Assembly: GCF_964355755.1 (NCBI RefSeq)
Contig: NC_092680.1
Coordinates: 16,067,045 to 16,131,044, forward strand
DNA from: Antedon mediterranea
Taxonomy: Eukaryota > Animalia > Echinodermata
Length of the DNA: 64,000 nucleotides
Direction: 5' to 3'
The first letter of the stretch is position 1. Each line of letters opens with the position of its first letter. Of the stretch, positions 26,851 to 39,843 are shown in pieces. Position numbers and translations under genes: made by a program. The notes under the pieces were generated by a model. The model searched no databases. It saw only the letters and a list, made by a program, of their open reading frames with translations, and was not told where the DNA came from.

Positions 26851-27332
26851 TTTCATATGTATTTATTGTCAAAATGTGTTATACACTACATCCACAGTAT
26901 TGCAATACTATTATACCTAAAGGTTTAAGTTTATCCCCCAAGGGCCCATACATTTACCTACTTGTGTTATACCAAATACTTATACTGGGGAATTAGATTA
27001 GAGATTAGAATGTCCCATTCATTCACCAAGCAATCTTTTTGTATAAACGTATAATTAAATCTATCAAAATATTTTTTTTTTAAAGAAACTCGGCTTGTCT
27101 TCAACATTATGATGCTGTACTCGAGAGCTGTTTAACCGGGCCTATAGTTACTATAGAGAGCAGGCCAGGGAACTTTGCTAGACTTATTTGTACAGCCGTC
27201 GATTATTTTACATTTTAAGCAGTGCGCCACGTGCGTCGAGAAGTCGGAGCAGAAAAAAAAACATCATCTCAAAAAACCTGCTTACAATAATTATTGATTT
27301 AGTATATTGGGCCTATATGCTTAGAAAAGAAG

Positions 27333-30300
27333 ATGTCAGTTAACTATGCCGAAGGACTGTCACCATATGATAATAAAGGAAAATGTGGAATGCCAGAGGT
27401 ATTATTTTAATTCTTTGAACGTGTTTTATTTCTAGGCCTAGGCTCTAAAATCAAATCTCTTTTACCGAAGACCAAGTAAAATACCCGACCAACGTAAGCC
27501 TACTGAGTGTCGCCTCGAAATTCTAGGTCGTTTCGCCCAAAATATTCTTTGGAAACCAGCAGTGTGGTTGCGGTTGTGACTATTTGACAACAGCAACTTT
27601 CTCGGAGGAGAATTCGGAGAATATCTAACATTTATTTGCCTCGAAATGTACCATCAAATACATCATTGTCATTAGCTGATGATTACCACACTGAAAGTGA
27701 ATAATAATGACAGTACATATTAAAACATTATTATTGAGTAAATAAAAAAATGTAAAGATGTGTAACACTAACAGTAACTGGAGTGATGATATGTATGTAT
27801 TTTGAAAAACATTTACATAGGCCAAGTGGCTTCCATATATTTACATGCACTATGGCCATTGCATTGGAAATAAATATAATAAAATGTATTTAGGTGGTAT
27901 TTTTAAAAACATTTTAATTTATATGTGTGATGTTGTTGTAAAGCAGTACTCGCATTCAATTAAGTATAAAGTCCTAATAATACTAATAGTAATACTAAGG
28001 CCTAGTACTATCCTATTTTGTTTAATGTGTTACAGGTTTTTGACAGTATTGAAAAATTAGATGCAAATGTAAAACAACTTGCAGAATGGATTTCTGATAG
28101 TCAGAATGTTGTTGTTCACACAGGTGCCGGTATCAGTACCGCTGCAGGCATTCCTGACTTCAGGTATTTTCAAATAATCTTATAAGCTCTGTCTACACTA
28201 TCAAACTTTATGTTATAAAACAATGTGATGTGCTCATATATGCATACACAGTACTGGTAAGAAGACATTTCTCACATGTTTTGAACGAGTGTTGACCAAG
28301 CGTTGTTCTAGTATTGCTAGCGATGTTCACGAGTGTCGCTTCCTCGAGTAATAGTCCCATTAAGGTCACAATCCACGCATAAACTGCATTATCAAGCAGC
28401 AATTTCTGGTTAGCAGTTTATCCCGATGTCATTGTCTTTCGTGTTTTATGTCATTAGCGTGAAAAACTAGGCCGTTTATTATTTTAGAAATAGCATATTA
28501 CACTTTTTAAGGCCCTTTATTTTATGCACACTTTGTTCCAAGAGGGAAAACTCACTGTTCTCTGGAAAGGTGACTATAAAACAAGAAAAACAAACACAAG
28601 AAGGTCACCCTAACAAAATGCTCATGAAACAAGTGTTTTTGAGTGACACATTTGACTGAGTTTGAACCCATGACTCATGAATCGAAGCTGGACATTCAAA
28701 CCATCAAACTGCAACTCCACTCCATCCAATACACTACATCTGTCAAAATCGAAATGTTTATTAAGCAAATTAAAATACACAATTATTCTTTGCTTTGTTT
28801 GGTTTTTCAAAAGGGGTCCAAAAGGTGTTTGGACGTTAGAAAAACAAGGCAAAAAGCCTGATGTCAGCATTACATTTGACGGAGCTAGGCCTACGCTTAC
28901 TCACTTAGCACTGCTGGGTCTTGAAAGAGCAGGAGTGGTCAAGTATGTTATCAGTCAAAATGTAGATGGTTTACACCTCAGATCAGGGTTTCCAAGGTTA
29001 GTAATATGCTGCAAAGTTTGGTATAATTTATTTATTATTAAGAAACAGATCCGATTAAGAAGTCGTCTACTAATAATTGCAATTTATCCAGATTGTGTTG
29101 TATATACCCATTGTTTACTATGGTAACTATCAATGCTGATGCACAATGGTTTATAAAAGAGCACCCTCTATGTTTGGATTACTTGTAATATTATAGAGAC
29201 CTCCAACCTCTATGGCTTTGCTATAGTTTCCTCCCTATATTCCTGTTTTAATAAAAATTAGAACGCTAAAAGTAAAGGAAAAGGAATAGTTTGTTGGCAA
29301 TTAAATACCAAGGAGCTAAATTATGGAATTCAATCCATGTAGATATTAAAAATGCATCTACAACTTCTAAATTTAAATTAGTATACAAGAACTACTGTAT
29401 TTACTTTCAAGATATGTTTTATAATAATTTTTTTTAATTAAGATTGGATAATATGGTTTAAATAGAAATTGTAGCTTTGTTTTCTTTTATTTTTTATTAT
29501 TTTATGTATATTTAATTTTCATTTTTCATATTTGTAGTTATATTTTGGGGTCAAACTTAAAGTCTTTCTGGCTTATATGACTCTCCCCCCCCCCCCCCCC
29601 ACACATGATTACTTCATTGCATTTATTATCATGTCATGTTATAATATTGTGGAAATAAATGAAATTGAATACTGTAATTAATATATTGTTTACTGATATT
29701 TTTTTTTTTTTACAGAAGCAAGTTATCAGAACTTCATGGCAACATGTATGTAGAAGAGTGTGATAAATGTTGCAAGTAAGTACTGTTAATGTCAACTATT
29801 TTAATTGATTTCTTGTTTTAACATTACCTATAAAAATTCTTGAATTTGAACACATCTCAAACAAAACGGCAGTATTGACGGCCTGGTGTGTGCTAGTATT
29901 TTCCAAGATACTGACTATTGTTCCCAGAGAGATATGGCACACCAACCTACACCAAGTACTTATTAGTTGAGTCATGTATAAGATAGAATTCAAAATTAAT
30001 CACAAGTGCATTTAGTGTTAAGTAACCTTCTGTTGGTTGACAGTAAGTCATTGTTAAATCTGATAAAATCAGGACAGAATGTGCTGCTGCCCTTTATAAG
30101 AAAAATATGAGAGAATAATATTATGAAGTTTTTAAAATGTTAATTTAAATTAAAATTATATTATTGCAGTTTTATTTCAAATGATGATGATGATTTCATT
30201 ACTTTTTTTTTCAGGCAGTATGTTAGAAAATCAGCAGTACCAACATTGGGACTGAAGCTCACAGGGAACAATTGTACACAAACCAAGTCTAGAGGGCGCT

Positions 30301-33300
30301 GCAGGTTTGTAATATTTTTTCCAGGGGATATTCAATATTATGAACTAAATTTGTATGCACACTTATTATAATAATAATAATAATATATACGAATTTGTAA
30401 AGCGCCAATTCCTGCAACAAAAATCAAAGGGGCTGTGGACTTAGATGTTACATCTTTTCAACAACTTTCTTCTTCCCTAAGGGTCATATTGTGTCATCGG
30501 CAGCCAACTACGGCGCCATTACGTCTGTCCGCGACAGTGTGTGTGTATGAATTAGTACACCGGGGTAACCCCCTACTCGTCTCGAAAGATGTACTAGGTT
30601 CTTTAAAATGCACATGAGCCAGATGTACACTGGACCTACGGTTTATAGTCCTTATCCGAGAAGACTTGTTCTACAACCAGAACCATGGAGTGAGTGAGCC
30701 TCGAACCCTTGCCGATGTTATGGCTATGGATTACGGTTCCACTGTCTTAACCGCTCGGCCACGCTCACTCACTTATTCTTAATGACCTGTTTAGTAAGAT
30801 AAGTGTTCTCTCTGTATCACTTGCAGTTTACAAATTAGTCATATTTCTATAATAAACATACATTACAGTGTAAAGTCATTGTGCTTGGTTCACACTAGAT
30901 ACACAATGCAATGCATGGATTAACCCCTTGCATCCTTCTGTTACATCCTAGTGGGAACCAAGCTTTATTGATTAACCTAGTTATTAAAACCATAAACAAG
31001 TTGCATATAACATTTTCTTCAACTACTCTGTATTTTAGAGGAAAACTTCGAGACACAGTCCTAGACTGGGAAGATGCTTTACCGGCCAGGGATCTTGAGC
31101 TTTCTGAACAACATTCCAGGTATGTAAAGGTTACATGTGGGTCGACTGTTGAACTTCATATTATATTCATTCGAATATACGCCCCTCTTTTGAATAAACA
31201 CCTCCCTTAAATAAACGCTCTCCCCCACCCCATAGAGCATCATTTTTAGTAAACACCCACCTCGAAAAAATGCCCTGGGGCTTTTATTTATTTTCTTTGA
31301 ATAAACACCCCGACACATGCATTATATACACAAAATTGTATTAAAACATATTTCTATTTGTAGTAGAATTCATTGATTGATATGACCTACAATTTACCAA
31401 GCATTTTGATACATTTTGTACTGTATTTTTTCACTTCTTAATATTAAATGTGTTGTAATTTTTAATCACCAACAAAAATATACGCCTCCCCCCAATTTAA
31501 CACCTCCCTCAATGTTAATCAGTTGTTGCACAGTATTTTCTTTTTAATTTAGAGACGCTGATTTGTCATTGTGTTTGGGAACATCGCTTCAGATTGTCCC
31601 AAGTGGAAATTTACCCCTCCTAACAAAGAAGAACGGTGGTAAATTAGTTATTGTAAATCTGCAAGCCACTAAACATGTAAGTTTAAATATTAACTTTAAG
31701 ACACTACAATTTTTTTTTTCATTTCATTTATTTTTGTCTCCATAAAAATAAAGTATAAAAAAACTGATATATGATTTGATTAATTAATTGATGTCGGATG
31801 TAATTCTGTGGTACTATTGATTGTTTGATTGATTGGTTAATATACAAGGTCAGAATATTTATAATAAGTTCTAGAATGATTTAACTAGGGCCACAACTAA
31901 TACAAATACAAAATATTTGTGCAGAATATGAATGCTCTGAATAACAGAGTGTAGTAAAATTATACCTATGACTCTCGCGTATAATCCGTGATTCTCGCAC
32001 ACTAGGGCCGATTTTGTATGCCTCGCGCATATGTGGCTATTTCTCACGCGGCCATAAAAATATTCTGAAAAAAACATTATTTTGAAATTATCTTGCTATT
32101 TTGAAGGAAAAATAGCCTAGGACTGCACATTATTTAATTAATTTGAGCATAATTAGCCTAGGCCTATGTTTATTTGTATTTTATGGTTGATGTACAGTAG
32201 TACAGGAAAGCCCACTCAAAAAAATAAAACAAATAAAACATAGAGGATGTATTTCACGATTATTTTAAGTTAAAATAACATAGATGGCGCTATATATAAT
32301 TTTAATTTAATGTCTCACACATTGGCCACTGAAAAAGTTGGCAGGTATAAAACATTCAGTGTATTTTTAATACCTACCTACCATAGAACATTTCACAATT
32401 AATGTATAAATATACTTGTAATCCCATGGCCTAGAGTTAAAATGTGGATATTGTAGCATACAAGTCAACTCTAAAAATTGTGAGTGTGTGAGTGGCCGAG
32501 CGGTTAAGACAGTGGAACCGTAATTACGTAGCCATAACATCGGCAAGGGTTCGAGGCTCACTCACTCCATGGTTCTGGTGGTAGAACGAGTCTTCTCGGA
32601 TAAGGACTATAAACCGTAGGTCCAGTGTACACATCTAGCTCGTGTGCACTTTAAAGAACCTAGTACATCTTTCGAGACGAGTAGGGGTTACCCCGGTGTA
32701 TTAGTACATCACAGCCACTGATCACCAACTGGGCCCTCTGGGAGACCAGTCTTTGACTGAAGAGGTTACCCAGTATAAATATAAATTTCAATTCAATTCA
32801 ATACCAAAATTGAATGCCCAGTGTGCTGGCCCAAATTTTTCAATTTTTTTAAACATATTTTCAATAGTTAACAAATCACCTATAAGAAAATTAATTTCTG
32901 ACTTATTATTCATTAAAGCTAACACTAACAAATCACCATAATGTGAGTCATGTTATATCATGTGAATATATATGGAAAACACAAAAGAATACTTTTTTTT
33001 TTCATTGAAATGAATTTATTATTATTACTTAAGGTTAAGAAACAAAGATCCACTTTTCTTGCAAATAGTCATAACCACAGTACTTTTAATAGTACTTAAA
33101 CTGAATACATATATTAACACTTAAGTTTGTAATTGTACTAATTTTCTGTAAAAAAATCCTATTTGTAAATTTTATATTTAGTAGGCCTCTTGTTTTTTAA
33201 TTTGAAGTATGGAATATCATAATTCGTAGATCATTTATTAACAATACAAGAGATTTAGTCGGCAACACTTCACTTGGATTAGTAGATGTAACAATAGATC

Positions 33301-34733
33301 CATAATCTTGTTTGTGCTGTAAAACATGCTTATTATATTATAAGAAATATTATCTAGGTCATGGCATAATGCTACTTAGGTAATTAATGAACAATACAAT
33401 TTAATATTGCATTGTATAAAAAGTAGATAAAGCCATATAAGTTATATATCTATAATTTGTGGTACACCACCAAATTAAGGTTTTATTTTTAGTTGCGTGC
33501 AACACAACTCTACAGCTCACTATGTCGGTCGGTTGGTTGGTCAATCGGTCGGTTGGTTGGTAAACACAAACTTGAGCACATGAATGCAGCCATGTATATG
33601 ACCTTGTTTTAATTACTGACATTGAGTAATTTTTTATTCCAATATTTTTTTTTTTTAAATTAACTTATCCATGCAGATTATGTCAGGAAAGTGTGGTATT
33701 ATTCGGAGTAATTAAAAAGTTGTTTTGTTGTTCTCAATGGGCATTGAAATGCATGTCTTTGATTTACGTGATTTTATAATCATATCATAATTTTCTGACC
33801 TAAAACCGTGATGATATTTTGCATGTAATGCATAAGGCCTATAAAAGATTTAAACACTTTTTTCTTAATGTTGTAAATTCGATTTTTGTCTGAAAATACA
33901 AGCTCATGTAGTATACGTATGAAACGCCAAATGTGCCAAAATATTTATCTTTTTACTAATTTCGGTCTAGAACCTAGACAACCTACCATATATATGAAGT
34001 GTGCTTTTTTTAATTGATTTTGATATGTTTTATTTATGGTAATTTGTTTATGCAGGATAAGAAAGCTGATATGAAGATCAATTACTATGTGGATGATGTT
34101 ATGTCGCGTTTGATGGATCATTTAAAAATAACGATACCAAAGAATAGTGAAGAAATACAAACTACAAAACCTTTTAAATCTAACAATAAAATAGCATCAA
34201 CATTTATTAAAAAGGAAAACAGTAATTCAGAACATTTATCATGTAATGAAAGAAAGTCGTTTGAAACGGATATATCAACAAGGGTTGTTAGTGAATACTG
34301 TTCTGCACAGAAGTGTAAGCCTCAATGTGAAGCTGACAAAAAAAATATATCGGTTACACTGAACAATTGCTGTAATGCACAGGATATACCAATTGATTGG
34401 ACTGATGGTAGTAGTACAGTCGCACCTAAAACAGAAAATACTACATTGATAGTAGATTCAGTAGTACAGTCTTGTGGTACATCTATATTGCCTAGTGCGT
34501 CTGCAGAAACGATTGATACAATTTCTGGCCATTTACAATTGTGTAATGGGGATGAATTTGGATCAAATATTGGACAACCTATTCATAAATTAAAAGTTTA
34601 TCAACGGTCAAATAAGAATGTTAATGCAGAGGTTAGTGGACAGAGAAGCCCCGATTCAAATAAAAGAGTGACGAATGACCAGGATGTAGCAGATGACATA
34701 GGTCCTACAAACTCTAAGATTATTAAACAATAA
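27333..34733 (+). CDS. SIRT6: NAD-dependent deacylase sirtuin-6, 469 aa. Exons 27333-27398, 28036-28163, 28814-28996, 29716-29775, 30215-30304, 31039-31119, 31553-31676, 34056-34733
   Basis: In-frame GT-AG exons: [68 protein letters not shown] (catalytic His, Zn ligands), [41 protein letters not shown]. Confidence 0.97.
30365..30771 (-). mobile_element. tRNA-headed SINE with Deu/Nin-type core and L2-like tail, in SIRT6 intron 5
   Basis: Minus strand: GTGGCCGAGCGGTTAAG...GGGTTCGAGGC head; core GGATAAGGACTATAAACCGTAGGTCC...TTAAAGAACC...GAGTAGGGGGTTACCCCGG; tail GGCGCTTTACAAAT+(TTA)n. Confidence 0.85.
32484..32802 (+). mobile_element. tRNA-headed SINE with Deu/Nin-type core, in SIRT6 intron 7
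   Basis: Same head and core as the 30.6-kb copy in the opposite orientation; a different 3' tail ending (TTCAA)n. Confidence 0.85.
33485..33610 (+). mobile_element. Short DINE-1/HINE-like (Helentron-associated) element; other copies at 45588-45702 (minus) and 63465-63530
   Basis: TTTTAGT.GCGTGCAAC.C.ACTCTACAGCTCACTATGTCGGTCGG head, (GTCG/GTTG)n microsatellite and a shared 3' end in three copies. Confidence 0.6.
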
Positions 34734-34752
34734 CATGAATGATGTGTTACAC

Positions 34753-35524
34753 AATAGACACGTTTCGTGCTCGCGACCAATCAGAAGTAGTGGGTATAGA
34801 TTTGTGTTGAAGCATAGCGAAATGGCGACTGCCGAGTGCTTTTGTTGGAAGGTGCATCATAAATGTTGTATATGTTGGATAAATCGTGAATTTAACTACA
34901 CAAAATCACTGAATAATATTCCTGTTTTTAATTTTCAAACACTTGCTGAGTGGTTTGCGTCGGCTCCGAAGGATAGTGGCGCAAAATCTTGGAAATTTTT
35001 CAAGGAAAGGTACGTCCACGATGTGCTCGTATCTCTCCGCCCGCCCGGTGGCGTTGCCTGATGCGGTACTTCGTCTACTAGGCCTAGGAGGCTTGGGTGT
35101 CTGTTTAAGCGCCGAAGAACATCACATAATACATGGAAGATGCAATAGGAGCATGAAGAAGAATGAAAGATAATAATTAATATATTTACGCAACATTTGT
35201 AAATAAAATCAACAGTTAACATGTATTAAATGCACTGTAATATATATGTGTCAAACCAAAAATGACAATACATAAATAAAGTCGATGATTCCGAACCAAA
35301 TGCCAAAATAATTCTACAGTGAATATAAAACATAAGTTTAGAAAATAAATAACATCCTTACCATGCCATTCCATCAAAAGGCTAGTTTTGACGATTGCTT
35401 TTTAAGATGATCATCTCTCAGTTCTCCCATGCTTTAACATACCTCTTGCTGTGTTTGTTTACCATTGTATACCCACTAAAAGGTCAAACTGACGGTGACC
35501 TCGCGAGCGCGAAACGTGTCTATT
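34753..35524 (+). mobile_element. Internally deleted TIR transposon (ISL2EU/Harbinger-group-like), starting 19 nt after the SIRT6 stop
   Basis: 24-bp TIR AATAGACACGTTTCGTGCTCGCGA / TCGCGAGCGCGAAACGTGTCTATT. The internal peptide IPVFNFQTLAEWF...KSWKFFKERYVHDV resembles the N-terminus of SWIM/YqaJ accessory proteins (family call is inference). Confidence 0.7.
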
Positions 35525-37763
35525 AAAGCAACTTACTGTAAAGATGTATTGTACCACACAAAGTATATCTTCAGACTACTTGTGTTTCGTTGGACGTCCT
35601 ACTTTTTAAAAGAGCGTATGCGTTGACCTCATTTTAGTTGTTTTTCGCACAGGGCCAATGCATCTTTTCCAAAGGACTGCACTTTTGCCGTACAATACTT
35701 ATATAAGTAATAACTAATTATAAGTCTTGATAATTTTAGCAATAATTTATTCCGCTTTGGAAATACAAGTTTTCATATCACATGGGTATTAATAAATCAC
35801 TTTTTTTGTACAATAAATCTATGAAAAAAAGACTTGTTTAGTAGTGTTTATATCATATAGATGTGTAAAGTGAGGAGAGTGTGTTATTGTTAATGCCCCG
35901 TCATCAGTCACTTCAGACTGGTCCTGTTCGACCGCAATGCCTCTTTTCAGTAAGAATTATGTTAGTATGGACCAGAATTATGAGAAGTGTATTGCCACTT
36001 GCTCTCTATGGGTTAATATGTGTTGTACCAGTAAGATGAGATCATTTGGAACATTTAAACATATATTGTCCCCCTACCCTAAACACGTTTTTTCTTCAAA
36101 TTGTTGGTTGGATATGCCATTTTAATGTCACGTAATAATTATTCACTTTGACCAAACACTGGATCGAAAAAAAAAGTATTTACCTTGAAAAAATGTAATT
36201 TAAAGCAAAACATACTTATATTATTGTCTGTCAGACAATGGTTTTTGGTTAAAATTAACCGTTTCTTTTGTCTTTTTATAAGTGAAATTATTTTTTTTTA
36301 CAGAAGTGTACTGCTGTTTTTTATTATAAAGCGATATTATTTGTTTACACCAACAACACGTATAAGTCAGTATGTGTCAGTAGGAATCTTGTAACAAATC
36401 AACATCCCACTCAGGAATACAACAATGCTGATTATATAATGAACATAAGACTTTAATATCCTCTGCTTATATTGTTGTTGATAATATGTACTATAAGTGG
36501 GAAGTAAGCCTTCTTTGTATTCTTTGTTGTTGTTGTTTGTGTATCAATATGCAATTGAAAATTGTGGTTATTAAATACGTTAGATATGTTGGTCGCCATG
36601 ACATAACAACTACTGTATTTATTTATCATGCAAACTGCATCGTACTAGACCTACATGCCTCATTTTTTTATTTACTAATTAGTTGTCTATATTTGTGTCA
36701 TGTGGTGTAGCCACAGATCCAAAACAGGGTACACAGGGAAACTCCAAAATAAGCATAATGTACTTTAAAATATCCACGTATCCATTCCATTGTTTCACAG
36801 CAACAGTATGATGGTGATGGGTCCGTATGCACGAGCGCGAGAAGAAAAAAAAAATAGGTCAAACAGTTATCGTGTATTAGATGTAACCAGTGAATGAAAT
36901 TTCACTTTTCCCTGATTTAACAGTGTTATTCGGAAGTTTCTCGATAATACGATTAATAGTTAATATCAACGGGAGTCACGTGTAGTATATAAAACAAACA
37001 CATTTCAATACAAAATACTAAACATTATAAATACTGAGTAAAAATATATTTTAATAAAATCTAGATAAATCACAATCTCCAGAAAATGGAGGGAACTTTT
37101 GCAAATCAGTGTAACTCAAGTAGCATGACGTCAATGTTGTTCAAAATGACGTAACCGTTCTGTTTGGTTTTTAAATGATATTAGTGAGGATCATGCTATT
37201 GTTGATTAATTATAAGATCATCATTATTACATATACATTTGGTTGCTATTTATTTTGGCATATTACTAAACATACTCTAATTTTACAAAAATTATATATT
37301 TTAAAAATAAACAATTCTGAGACTATAAAACAATATTTATGAATAAAATACAATAAATAAAATTAGGAGTAGATATTATTATTTAAATTACGTTTAAATA
37401 AAAAAATTATAAATTTTACAAACAAATTGATAAAAATGAAATTAATGTCGCTGGTAATATAAAATAAATCAGATTCGATCAGAATTAAAGTTGTTTAGTC
37501 TTTGACCAGTTCAACGAACTTTATAAAGCTCTGTCTTCATTATCAAAGTTTGATCGTGAGACAGAGCTTAATAGGCATACAACGTTATTAAACTTGATTA
37601 ATTTTGGTATTACAAATTGACCTCTGCTCTTCGTAATAGTCGTTTCGCGATACGTATATTATTTAATATTTATATGAATAAATTGAGCTTTGATTTTAGT
37701 AGGCATATAACAAAAATAATATAAATATTCTTTATTTACATATTATTATTAGCAAGAGTTTAT

Positions 37764-39104
37764 TTAATTATTTTGCTCTATCACGGCATCTTCGTTGAGC
37801 TGTGAGCTAATGTTGTAGACACCGTCGGTTGACTTTGTGTCCATCGGGGCGGCGGCGATGTTGTCCGTAGATTTCGCGTCTTCGTGTGTTACTGTTCCTT
37901 CAACGCTGTCAAGGTTACGTTTTTTGTCTTGTCTGATTGTATATGAAACACAGAGTAGAATCAGTGTTACAGCTACGATGATACAGAGTGCAACTATAAT
38001 GATAATCACGGCTGTATCTAGTGACGAATCGTTGTCGGCATTTTGTCCTGTATCACCGCCGTCGTCGGAATCAGGTTTTGTCGAACCTGGTAGCACCTCA
38101 TCTAACAAAACTAAAACTTGAGAGGCAGTGTTGGATATATCTAATGCTCTATAAGACGCTTTACATTTTACAGCAGTGTTATTATCTTTTTCTTGGATGT
38201 TCAAAATGTGCAATGTGCTATTTTCTGTTGAATAACGACGTTCAAGAATAATATTGACGCCTAATGTCCATGTCAGATTCAACGGTTGTTGGCCTACGGC
38301 GCTACAGTTATATGAAACATTTCCGCCTTCGATGGGCGTTCCAATTTTGATTAAGCGTACATCGGGAGGTTGAGGGAAAGGGACCACTTCACAAGACGCC
38401 GATTGCAAATCAGTAGTTACATCGCACGTGAACACCAAATTTTCATCGGAATCTTTAATAGTCAAATTAGTAGCATAATTAGTTGTATTATAAACTGCAG
38501 AAGATGAAGGTTGTTTAATCACGCGAGATGGTGCCGACCATACATTAGGCCTAATTGGACCAGGTTGTTGATCTTCATTTAAAAAACAATGTAGACTAAC
38601 ATTATCACCTGCTACTGGTGGACTTCTCCGTCCAAAATAATTTACGTCACATACAGGTTGAAACCACACTGACAACCTTGCCTTGTCGTCCATTCCAAAC
38701 GTGTAAAATTCAGTATTTCCAGCTCTAGAGTATCCACAAATGTACTCCCCTTGATCGATGAATTGCATTTTATTTATTTGTAAGCTGTATACGTAAACTG
38801 CTTCATTAAATTCATCAATATACTCTTGTATAATTACCTCGTAACGAAATCGCTTTTGGGGGTCGGTAGAGAAAATGGACACATTTAATGTAATATATGA
38901 ATTAGAGTCCTCATGACGCCAAACCATACTCTCTCCTGAAAGCAGTTCTCTTACTCGGCATGAAAGCAGAACTGTGTCGTTAATATTTGCGACAATATCA
39001 CGCGGTCCTTCGTCTAGGATAACACCAAACGTTAACGGCGATAACGTGATTAGGCCCATTGCCAGTTGTGCAATAATATACACACACTTATTCATGTTTA
39101 ACAT
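37764..39104 (-). CDS. Ig-superfamily type I membrane protein, copy A (signal peptide, V-type + 2 further Ig domains, TM, acidic tail); intronless CDS
   Basis: Uninterrupted ORF. V-set signature LSC..W..DQGEYIC, two further Cys pairs (LHC..FTC, YNC..VKC), TM AVIIIIVALCIIVAVTLILLCV, many N-x-S/T sites. In-frame upstream ATGs exist up to 39164. Confidence 0.92.
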   Translation of the reverse strand: MLNMNKCVYIIAQLAMGLITLSPLTFGVILDEGPRDIVANINDTVLLSCRVRELLSGESMVWRHEDSNSYITLNVSIFSTDPQKRFRYEVIIQEYIDEFNEAVYVYSLQINKMQFIDQGEYICGYSRAGNTEFYTFGMDDKARLSVWFQPVCDVNYFGRRSPPVAGDNVSLHCFLNEDQQPGPIRPNVWSAPSRVIKQPSSSAVYNTTNYATNLTIKDSDENLVFTCDVTTDLQSASCEVVPFPQPPDVRLIKIGTPIEGGNVSYNCSAVGQQPLNLTWTLGVNIILERRYSTENSTLHILNIQEKDNNTAVKCKASYRALDISNTASQVLVLLDEVLPGSTKPDSDDGGDTGQNADNDSSLDTAVIIIIVALCIIVAVTLILLCVSYTIRQDKKRNLDSVEGTVTHEDAKSTDNIAAAPMDTKSTDGVYNISSQLNEDAVIEQNN

Positions 39105-39843
39105 GTGTTGATGTTTATAACGTGGTTTCTGTAGCATAAATGACTGGTTCTGTTTTGTTACCATTCGCAATATCGGAGATGCTTAGCTGATGTTACGAGT
39201 ACAAAGAACATGGATTATAGAAAGGGTTACGTCACTTAACCTTACCCGCAATGAAATCCAACCAACGACAAATAACATATTTTATAACTATCATCACTTT
39301 TTGGATTAACAACTTTCAATCGATTGATATACAACAACATGGCATACCTTTGTTAATGGTTATTAACTGTGATTACATTTTTTTTGTATTAAATTACATT
39401 AAGTTCGGATCTTCAGGATGAGCTAAATAATGTGTTACATTGAAATCTAATTATGATAAATTGTTGTTTCCCTATATTTTAAACTGTTTACTAGACACAA
39501 TGTAATACAGAGTAGGATTATTATTATTTAGCCTCATAGAAATAACAAGTGACAGTACAGTAGGTGTCATAAGTCAGTAAATGTAACACCCGATTCTGCT
39601 ACTGTCAATAGGTATGTATCTGTATAACAATCAGCAAGTGTATGCTGTCTGCATAAATGCTGTACTTTTAACATACATATATTATAGAGTATTATCTATG
39701 AAACAAGTAGAGTAAAATATCAATGTATCTCGATTGAGTTTGTTGGTCGTTTTGTCCGTACATTTTACACAATGTATTTAAGTATTTCAAATTGACTATA
39801 GTTAAGTTAACTAATGTAAAATAAATTATATTAGATTCTGAAT

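Noticed and set aside
32484-32560. tRNA genes at 32.5 kb, 30.7 kb and 9.6 kb
   Set aside because: A and B boxes are present but there is no convincing cloverleaf; each runs into a SINE body and tail.
838-34733. XPA and SIRT6 proximity as a functional DNA-repair cluster
   Set aside because: They are more than 20 kb apart with an unrelated gene between them; there is no evidence of shared regulation in the sequence.
37790-37950. ITIM/ITAM in the Ig receptor tails (VSYTIR, GVYNIS)
   Set aside because: Neither Tyr has a hydrophobic residue at +3, so neither fits YxxL/I/V; no signalling motif is claimed.
37837-38121. Plus-strand ORFs repeated in A, B and C (MSIG..MLSVDFASS...)
   Set aside because: Antisense shadows of the conserved TM/tail coding region.
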